64,000 nt of DNA from a virus (taxonomy: Duplodnaviria > Caudoviricetes), in the IMG/VR virus record IMGVR_UViG_3300031994_000022; one strand, 5' to 3'. A model generated the notes under the pieces. That model was not told the DNA's origin. It saw only the letters and a list, made by a program, of their open reading frames with translations, and did no database searches. Every line of letters begins with the position of its first letter. The first letter of the stretch is position 1. Below, piece by piece: positions 10,210 to 17,621 of the stretch. The position numbers and the translations under genes are program-made.

Positions 10210-10750
10210 ACGAATTCTGACTTTGTTCTACTCCCCACATTTCCATTTGCTTACCCTTGTACATCCATTGAAATTTATATCCACAAGGAAGAATCGCCCA
10301 TGTTGGAAAGTCATTATTATACAAACTTGCAGTCGCAACCACAAGCCATCTATTCCATACACCCTTTTCATTTTTGATATCACAATATAATCCCGTAGGA
10401 AATACACTGGATACCACATCTGAAAATTTCTCTTTATAATAAGGTATAGTACATTCGTAAGATGGTTTAAACATAATACGAAGATCAACTTCATCCTTAT
10501 TTAACGACTTATATGCTGATAAAATATATTTTATTTCTACCGGTATTTTTGTTTTAGAACATTCTGGATGAAGATTAGTATTTTTGCCTTTTTCATCATC
10601 ATGTTCGTAATCATAAAAATACGCTATCATACTAGCTGGATCATCATACCAAGTATGCTCAATAATATCTTGAGCCTCATAACTGTGACGTTGTCCATTA
10701 GTATGAACACCACCAACACTAAGACTACGTTTGTAATCATTAAAATTCAT
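10210..10750 (-). CDS. exon 1 of intron-split virion (neck) protein (~395 aa spliced)
   Basis: GGAGGTG RBS before ATG 10750; ends at the group I 5' splice site. Confidence 0.85.
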
Positions 10751-10763
10751 AGCGCAACACCTC

Positions 10764-11141
10764 CTAATCTTGAGGTGCATTTTTTGCACTTTGGATTTTC
10801 ATAATCTCAGCACCAGCATCAAGTATCAGTTTACGATACTTAGCAAAATCAAAGTTTTCGGTTATACTATTTTTGGCTTCTTCTAACAAACTAAGTACCG
10901 TTACTAACTCTGGTGGTTCTCCGAGTAATTCATTAAGACCGGATATTCGCCAAAGTAGAGTAGTATTAGCTTGTTCTAGATTTACTTCCGGAAACTTTTC
11001 TTTAGTTTCCAAATCTTCCGCTACAAGTAGCAAGAAGAATATTCTCTTACGTAACACTTCCTTTATTTCCGAGATTTGCATATCTGCAAACTCGCCATAC
11101 TTATGTGGATACATTAGACGTTGCCTAAATAAGGGTTCCAA
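10764..11141 (-). CDS. hypothetical virion-module protein
   Basis: co-oriented, coupled to neighbours. Confidence 0.7.
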   Translation of the reverse strand: MEPLFRQRLMYPHKYGEFADMQISEIKEVLRKRIFFLLLVAEDLETKEKFPEVNLEQANTTLLWRISGLNELLGEPPELVTVLSLLEEAKNSITENFDFAKYRKLILDAGAEIMKIQSAKNAPQD

Positions 11142-11575
11142 ATATAACCCTTATCCCTTAGCATTGATCTTACTTTGTTTTCGGCATCTTCTAATATTCC
11201 ACGAAGTTCACTAATGTGAGCTGATTGTGAATAGTATTTCTGTTCTTTACTATTAGTAATCATTTGATTAAGTAAAGTAGTAGTCCTAAGTATAGGACTC
11301 AACCATTCACATATCATTTGACAACCAAGCAATTCCTCAACAAAGTTTTTGTCTGTATATTCATTAACGGAAGAAGTAAGAGTGTAATCAATTTCGGCAA
11401 TTTCATCATCTGCCGAAAATGATTCAAATATTCTGATTATGTACGGCTGGCTTAGAGCAGAACGAAGCCATTCTAACATCTGCTCAGTAGCATTAGGTTC
11501 GGGGAGTTCCGCGAACTTGTAGTCCCGTATTTTAATCAGAAATCTTGAATAGATATCATTGTAAGTAGAGGTCAT
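11114..11575 (-). CDS. putative head-tail adaptor
   Basis: helical 153 aa protein (MTSTYNDIYSRFL...YSQSAHI) downstream of capsid. Confidence 0.6.
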   Translation of the reverse strand: MTSTYNDIYSRFLIKIRDYKFAELPEPNATEQMLEWLRSALSQPYIIRIFESFSADDEIAEIDYTLTSSVNEYTDKNFVEELLGCQMICEWLSPILRTTTLLNQMITNSKEQKYYSQSAHISELRGILEDAENKVRSMLRDKGYIWNPYLGNV

Positions 11576-11592
11576 AATACACCTCCCTTAAA

Positions 11593-12150
11593 TTACTGTT
11601 CAGCAAAAAGTTCGCCAACAAGATTGAGATCTGTACCAAATATTTCATCGAGAGCTTTAATCTTTTTTACGCTATCAAGACGACCATTTGCCACTTGAGT
11701 AGAAGCAATTTTCTTAAGAGATTCGATTGCTGTTTTTGGCAATGCATTAATAGCGTCCACCATTTTTGGTGTATCTAAATCAAGAATACCTTTAAGGTCT
11801 TTAATTGATACCTGATCCTCATAAAACTTTTTTATAGCTGGAAACTCAGCTATAAAATCTTCATCGTCTATAATAAAATATGGATTATAGACATATTCAG
11901 ATTTAGTTCTGACGGCAGCCACAAGATCACGATATTCAATCTCAGTTACATCTCCATAATCTAAAAATGAATAAAGCATACCTGTTTTACTACCTTCGTA
12001 AAAAAGACCACCTTGTACTACAGAATGACACAATATACCATCGTTCTGCTGAAATGTCTTTTTAGCTTTTTCTTCTGTTGGTTCAACTTTGTCAGTTACA
12101 GTTCTTTTTTGCATTGTTTTTGTAGCCATCATTCTTCTCCTTTTACTCAT
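11593..12150 (-). CDS. hypothetical head-associated protein
   Basis: immediately downstream of the capsid gene. Confidence 0.65.
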   Translation of the reverse strand: MSKRRRMMATKTMQKRTVTDKVEPTEEKAKKTFQQNDGILCHSVVQGGLFYEGSKTGMLYSFLDYGDVTEIEYRDLVAAVRTKSEYVYNPYFIIDDEDFIAEFPAIKKFYEDQVSIKDLKGILDLDTPKMVDAINALPKTAIESLKKIASTQVANGRLDSVKKIKALDEIFGTDLNLVGELFAEQ

Positions 12151-12190
12151 AAAAATAGGAGAGGACTAAGCCTCTCCATAATCGACGTAA

Positions 12191-13297
12191 TTAAATTGTC
12201 CACTGACCAAACTGATTAGAGATAACTGTTGCAACACCCCAACGTCTCTGAACTTCTTGAGTCATAAGATCGCTCTGGTAATCGCCACGCTCTGTCTTTT
12301 CGAGAATCTCTGTATCACCTTCGTCAACAAATTTAACGAATTTTCCCTCTTCACCAGTAGCCGGAAGAATAAGAAGTACGTTTGAAGCAAATACTTTCTG
12401 CTGAAGAGTTCTATCCTTGAAACGGTTAGGGATAACCATAAGTTTAGCACCCTCATACATTCCAATTGTACCTGTCTCCATAAGAGATGTCTTCATATCA
12501 GCAGCTGCCCACTGAACATCAGCAAGACCACTAAGTTTTGAAAGTGCAGCCTTTGTTCCGAGAATAACTACATCAGAACCATTACCAACTGCAGCTACGT
12601 TATCAACAATAGCGTCAAACTGTGGCTTTGTAGCCTGTGAAAGAATACCAGTTCCAACGAATCCAGTCTGAACAGGAAGCTTTGAAGCTGCTGTAGAAAT
12701 CTCTGCGTATACTTCCTCCTGAATTGCTGCAATATAAGACTCTGTAATCTTAGCAACCATCTTTGACCAATCAAACATTCCTGTGACATATCTGTTGATA
12801 TCTTCACCAATTTTGATTGCGTGAAGGGTAGTCTTTACGCTAAATCTTTCACCAGCTCCGATTCTCTGGATAATATGATCGTGATGAGATGTTCCAGCCT
12901 TTGCTACTGCAAGAAGAGCATCGTTCTCTACATAGAAATCCTGTCTATCATGATATGCAATAGACTTATCCTCCACAAACTGGTTATACCAGTCGCTCTG
13001 CTGAAGTCCTATTACCATAGTCTGGTCGATGACATCTTCTATCACGTCGAACCAAGATCTCTGATTGTCTCTTATAGCTCTACGAACAGCCTTCTTGTCA
13101 TTTATATCTGTTATTCCAAGAACCTGTCTTGAAAAATCAAGTATCTTTGCGTTTGCATCAGCCTTAGAAATCTTCTCACCATCAGCATAAATTTCACGAC
13201 CAAGTGCAACGTCAAGCATGAGATTTGTCATGCCTTCATAATCTGTATCCATAGCTGCAAATACAGCCATTGTATGTTCATTAAAATTCTTAGCCAT
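12191..13297 (-). CDS. major capsid protein
   Basis: 368 aa, strong codon bias, follows protease and decoration genes, terminator-like hairpin downstream. Confidence 0.8.
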   Translation of the reverse strand: MAKNFNEHTMAVFAAMDTDYEGMTNLMLDVALGREIYADGEKISKADANAKILDFSRQVLGITDINDKKAVRRAIRDNQRSWFDVIEDVIDQTMVIGLQQSDWYNQFVEDKSIAYHDRQDFYVENDALLAVAKAGTSHHDHIIQRIGAGERFSVKTTLHAIKIGEDINRYVTGMFDWSKMVAKITESYIAAIQEEVYAEISTAASKLPVQTGFVGTGILSQATKPQFDAIVDNVAAVGNGSDVVILGTKAALSKLSGLADVQWAAADMKTSLMETGTIGMYEGAKLMVIPNRFKDRTLQQKVFASNVLLILPATGEEGKFVKFVDEGDTEILEKTERGDYQSDLMTQEVQRRWGVATVISNQFGQWTI

Positions 13298-13316
13298 TAT
13301 TCTTTCCTCCTTCCTA

Positions 13317-13793
13317 TTAGATTACGTACTTACCATTAGCATAAGTAACAGCAGTACCAGCAGAAGGAGTACCATTAAATCCCTCTGTAGAAACTTCATA
13401 TACATCACCAATCATAAGACGAGCACCCTGACATACATCATCCTTCTCATTTACGAAAAGTCTCTCGTCCTTAAGTTCTCTCTCTACATACTCACTAACT
13501 GCACTGTTGTACATATAAAGAACTTCGTCAGCAGGAAGGTCTGTAACCTCTACATACCAATAACCTGGCTTTGCAGGAACTTCCTCATTAATTATTCCCT
13601 TAAAACCATTAGGTACTGTATCTTGCTCATACTGATCAAAAGATACATAATCGCCACGACCACAAAGCTGACCATTGTCAACTAAATTATCCTGAATAAC
13701 AATGTTGTATACATGTGCATAATTTCCATTCATTGATGCAATCTTAGAAGGAAAAGATGCCATATGCTTATTTGTTGTAACATCAATTTTCAT
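13317..13793 (-). CDS. putative capsid decoration protein
   Basis: 158 aa beta-rich, between protease and capsid. Confidence 0.55.
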   Translation of the reverse strand: MKIDVTTNKHMASFPSKIASMNGNYAHVYNIVIQDNLVDNGQLCGRGDYVSFDQYEQDTVPNGFKGIINEEVPAKPGYWYVEVTDLPADEVLYMYNSAVSEYVERELKDERLFVNEKDDVCQGARLMIGDVYEVSTEGFNGTPSAGTAVTYANGKYVI

Positions 13794-13872
13794 TATTGCC
13801 TTTCTCCTTTCAAATTTTTGACAAAAAAATAAGACCCAAATTTTGAGTCTTTTGATTTACTTTATTATTTTT

Positions 13873-15663
13873 TTACTTTGAAAATATTCCACCATATCTA
13901 GAAGATGACTTAGCAGCCTTCTTAGATGGATTACCAAATAGTTTCATACCAACCTGTTTCTTCTCAGGTTCTTCAGATGAAAACTCAATTTTATTGTGCT
14001 TTGAATACTCAAGCAACATTTTGTCAAGCTTATCAGTTAGCTCATCCGTAGAGAGATCGAAGTAATTCTCTCGCTTTGATAACTCGACAAATTCCTTGGT
14101 TTCTCGAATATTCTTCCAATCCTCTGACTGAAGAATTTCCTTCTTTGCTGGTTCGGACTCGTACTTTGCAAGTTTTTCCTCAATAGCAGAGTAGCTAGTT
14201 TTCATCTGTTCAAGAGCATTCTTCTCATCAGCAGATAAGAACGAAACAAATGTTTCAATTCTATCACCCTTAAGTGAATATACATCTTTCTTTACAGAAT
14301 AAGACTGACGATAGTGCTTATTATTCCACCAATCGTGGAATTCAACTATCTTAGTTTCTTCAATAACATCACAATCATACCATGCACCATCAGACTCACC
14401 GTAAGTATCATTTACAAGAATTGTAAGAGCATTCAGCTTTTCCTTGAGTGATACTGAATAATCTTTCTTTGCACCCTTAACAGACACAGTATAATTTACG
14501 GAATAGTAATTAACATCTTCTGGATCTTCGGTATTATCATCAGGTTCATCAGGTTGTTCTTCTTCCTCAGATTGTACTTCAGGAGTATCGTCTTTATCAT
14601 CAGGATTCTCATCATCGTCCTGATTTTCCTTGTCATCATCATCCTTGTCGCCATCCTCATCGTCATCGTCTTGATCCTCATCGTCAACAATTACCGAATC
14701 ATCATCTTCAGACTTCTTACGCTTTTTCGGACTATCTTCAAAGTTTTCTGTAGAAGGAGTGAAATGCTCTGCAAATACTGCTTCGAGTTCCTCATCTGAA
14801 AGTCCTTCGTACTCAAAATCAATTTCATCAATTGACTTTCCATATTGTTCTAAAAGCTTTTCAAACATTGGTTTTGGATTACCTCCTTCCTCTAGAATTT
14901 CGTTGTTTATATTAAGGTTATCTATTTTCTCGTTAAGAGCAGATAACATCTCAATAACTTTTTCATTCTGTGAGAATATACTATTATTCTCGACACTAAA
15001 GTCGGCAATTGAAATATTGCTTCCAACCATACCAGGCTTTACTTCTTCGCCTGTGTAACGATTCTCTTCAAGTATTGTGACTCCACTAAATCTAAACTTG
15101 TCTATACACAATACTTTCTCTTTAGAGTCATAAGATAATTCATCTACAAATAACTCTACACTCACAGACAATCTCTTTTCTCTTTCTATAATTTCTGCTG
15201 CTTTACTGTATGTTTTCCAAATAATACCAGTACCGTCAACATAAGTCTTATCCATATCTACATCATATACTAATTTAAGATCGGCTGATTCCGGTATACA
15301 GCCAACTGGGATTTCCTCATATACGGTTTCACCATCATCATTAACATACAACTCATGACTAGCAAAAACATCTTTCTCACCATTGTTATATATATATCCT
15401 AAGATTGGCATATTATACGCAGTAGGCAAAGCATTCTCCATAGCCTTTTCAGATATAAAACTTTGGTTGGCATTTTTCTCTGTGTGACAAAGTCTGATAG
15501 GACAATACATATTCAATTCATCATCTTCAGACTGATCATATGTAAACGGTTCATCTATATGAACTACAATGGTAGTGTCATTATCAGCAGAACTGAATTT
15601 TACATTCTTATTCTGAGTTACATAATAATTATATAAATCAGAGAGATATAAGAGTTTTTTCAC
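13873..15663 (-). CDS. prohead protease/scaffold protein
   Basis: LCHTEKNAN, PILGYI, LSVSVEL protease-like N-domain; acidic linker; coiled-coil C-terminus. Confidence 0.75.
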   Translation of the reverse strand: MKKLLYLSDLYNYYVTQNKNVKFSSADNDTTIVVHIDEPFTYDQSEDDELNMYCPIRLCHTEKNANQSFISEKAMENALPTAYNMPILGYIYNNGEKDVFASHELYVNDDGETVYEEIPVGCIPESADLKLVYDVDMDKTYVDGTGIIWKTYSKAAEIIEREKRLSVSVELFVDELSYDSKEKVLCIDKFRFSGVTILEENRYTGEEVKPGMVGSNISIADFSVENNSIFSQNEKVIEMLSALNEKIDNLNINNEILEEGGNPKPMFEKLLEQYGKSIDEIDFEYEGLSDEELEAVFAEHFTPSTENFEDSPKKRKKSEDDDSVIVDDEDQDDDDEDGDKDDDDKENQDDDENPDDKDDTPEVQSEEEEQPDEPDDNTEDPEDVNYYSVNYTVSVKGAKKDYSVSLKEKLNALTILVNDTYGESDGAWYDCDVIEETKIVEFHDWWNNKHYRQSYSVKKDVYSLKGDRIETFVSFLSADEKNALEQMKTSYSAIEEKLAKYESEPAKKEILQSEDWKNIRETKEFVELSKRENYFDLSTDELTDKLDKMLLEYSKHNKIEFSSEEPEKKQVGMKLFGNPSKKAAKSSSRYGGIFSK

Positions 15664-15691
15664 TTCTCCATATTCCTCCTTTCTTTAAAAA

Positions 15692-15730
15692 TAACAAAAC
15701 GCAGAGCAGACCTTTTACAATCTACTCTGC
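15692..15730 (-). terminator. terminator-like hairpin closing the RNA array
   Basis: GCAGAGTAGA/TCTGCTCTGC stem followed by GTTTTGTTATTTTT. Confidence 0.55.
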
Positions 15731-15763
15731 AACCGTAATCAATACGGTTCTCTCCTTATATGT

Positions 15764-15806
15764 GCCTCCATTGGACACTTCATTGAGAGGTGTGGAGGCT
15801 TCTGTC
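15764..15806 (-). ncRNA. abiF-like RNA hairpin, copy B
   Basis: GACAGAA-GCCTCCA-CACCTCTCAATGAAGTGTCCAA-TGGAGGC; covaries with copy A. Confidence 0.6.
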
Positions 15807-15811
15807 AAAAT

Positions 15812-15858
15812 GACCCGACGTGGTACGCATCAAAGTGAGAGGCGTGTCGGGTTCTGTC
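15812..15858 (-). ncRNA. abiF-like RNA hairpin, copy A
   Basis: GACAGAA-CCCGAC-ACGCCTCTCACTTTGATGCGTACCAC-GTCGGG; resembles the abiF motif as recalled. Confidence 0.7.
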
Positions 15859-16353
15859 CAATATAAAAGGAGCTGTGTGTACCAGCTCCAATTCCTCGCA
15901 ATATTGGCAGTAATTACAGTTTACTGCCGATAATTCCTTAGCGAGTCTCGGCGTTTTTCTTTTCAGATATCTGCATCCTAGTCAGGGTAAGACTGCCGCA
16001 GCTTACGGTAGAACCTCCACGTAAGAACCTGACAAACCTTACGCTTCAACGGTTAAACTTAACTAGTGAGTAATATTCTAACCGTTACTCGCGGTACGAA
16101 AATGTCACGAAAACTATATACTATTCGTGACACAATCTCAGCTCCTCCTACCAATAGGATAGGTGAGTAAGTAGATAATGCGTAGTCCCGGTGTTAACAC
16201 ATAACACTTACCACGACGGAGGCAGGATACTACGACTTACAATATCTGTCAGAGCGTACTCCACATGGAAGTCTGACAATCCCATGCTTCACAGCAGATC
16301 CGCCAATACCCAAGGGCGAAGAGTAGTTTAAGTGCTTAACTCAGGCACAAACA

Positions 16354-16396
16354 TTTTCAAACCGACCTTTTATATTGCGGTAATCGGTCTCCGCAT
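16354..16396 (-). ncRNA. CptI-like pseudoknot
   Basis: TGCGG-AGACCGATTA-CCGCA-ATATAAAA-GGTCGG-TTTGAAAA. Confidence 0.7.
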
Positions 16397-16610
16397 GGGT
16401 TCTGTTTATTTTGCAACTTTCATTTGATGGCTTATGGTAAGTTGCCACCTTTATACATCTCCACATTCACCGCATACCATCACGGATTCCGCTTCATAGA
16501 CATCTACACTTAGGCGGTGAACACCATGTATTGGCTCTGTTCTCGCTCCACTCTTGTGTCTTTACCACAGATTTAAAGTCTACACCTACGCTACTGACTA
16601 CCAATATTTT

Positions 16611-16644
16611 GAATCGCTAGAAGTTTTAAGTCGTCCTAAAGACC
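16611..16644 (-). ncRNA. ToxI-like pseudoknot, copy 1
   Basis: GGTC-TTTAGGAC-GACT-TAAAAC-TTCTAG; 30/34 identical to 16911-16944. Confidence 0.65.
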
Positions 16645-16910
16645 ATATGGTTATCCGATATTGCAGTGTTTTACAGATTCGTCATCCAACCATATGAACA
16701 CCTCTGGAAACGTGCCTCCTCGGAATAGGGCTACACCAGTACCATTACGCACCTACGTGTTTAGGTCTTTTCGTTGACCAAATATTAAAGCGACTCGGCG
16801 CGGATCTTCACCGCCATCGTGCTAGTTATAGGGAATTCGCCTCGGTTACCAACCTTAACGCCGCTTATAATAATCCACTTTTTATTTGGAAGCGATGGGA
16901 CACTTCGTTT

Positions 16911-16944
16911 GAATCACTAGGAGTTTTAGGTCATCCTAAAGACC
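16911..16944 (-). ncRNA. ToxI-like pseudoknot, copy 2
   Basis: GGTC-TTTAGGAT-GACC-TAAAAC-TCCTAG. Confidence 0.65.
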
Positions 16945-17361
16945 GCTCGTAATGGGTTTAATGTCTCCATACCGACAAAAAGAACGGCATTGATGCTGGC
17001 ATCGCTACCGCTGAAAAACCTTTGGCTTTTCGTTCATAATCCACCGTTGTAGCATAGGTCGTGGGACACCTACCGCACCGTTCTTGGAATTTCTTTGTTG
17101 TGGGAGTTACCCACTTCATTATTTTTCCTCACACTTCGCCGCCACACTAAATGACTATAAAGGTTCTCACTTGAATTTTAAGGTGGACGAGATATTCCAC
17201 CAGTAGAGTTATTGCGCATTACGGTAACTTCGCTTACCTCGGTACTGTCGGTTAAGGGAGCCGACTCCTATTGGATAGCTGACAACATATCACCTATTGC
17301 CGAGCTTTCATGGTATATTTAACGCCCCCCACTAGGGAAAGAGGTGCTATCCGTTGTCCTC

Positions 17362-17507
17362 TTATATTTTACTGCCCTATCAAAACCATCATAGGACTCT
17401 TCACCCGGTCAATTTTTATTTTACCGACGAGTCAGAACCGTCACTCGTCATCTTCGCTCGGTCAGTTTTTATATTACCGACGAGTCAGAACCGTCACTCG
17501 TCTCATC
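17362..17507 (-). repeat. three tandem 52-53 nt structured repeats
   Basis: hairpins at 17479-17502, 17426-17449, 17374-17397; loop GAYGGTTYTG conserved, stem covaries. Confidence 0.85.
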
Positions 17508-17567
17508 TATTATGGAATTATTTTTTGTTTTATTTGGTTGATTTGGATCATTTGCGTAATACCATTT

Positions 17568-17595
17568 AAAAAAGACGACAAATTAACGTCGTCTT
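17568..17595 (-). terminator. intrinsic terminator after portal
   Basis: AAGACGAC/GTCGTCTT stem plus T-run. Confidence 0.7.
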
Positions 17596-17621
17596 AAAAA
17601 TATTGTTTTATTATCTAAAAG

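Larger units (their letters stand above)
15700..17510 (-). ncRNA. ORF-less array of structured RNA modules; putative RNA antitoxin-mimic array
   Basis: no credible ORF; more GC-rich than flanks; at least 10 H-type pseudoknots plus paired hairpins with compensatory changes. Confidence 0.8.

Noticed and set aside
14540-14720. Repeat array in the protease gene
   Set aside because: Low-complexity Asp/Glu linker codons, not a DNA repeat element
16710-16740. Bacillus thuringiensis ToxI-like unit TGGTGTAGCCCTATTCCGAGGAGGCAC
   Set aside because: Superficial similarity from memory, but stem 1 would be mostly G-U; too weak to call
17362-17507. CRISPR mini-array
   Set aside because: Intervening sequences are themselves near-identical, so there are no unique spacers; no cas genes in the window
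15700-17510. A second intron or a single GOLLD/ROOL-type giant RNA
   Set aside because: Flanking genes are complete, no group I P/Q/R/S or group II domain V was seen, and the structure appears local and modular. Not fully excluded without cmscan
17310-17597. Plus-strand ORFs 17310..17597 and 17354..17569
   Set aside because: Antisense to the operon, no RBS, and merely translate the structured repeats
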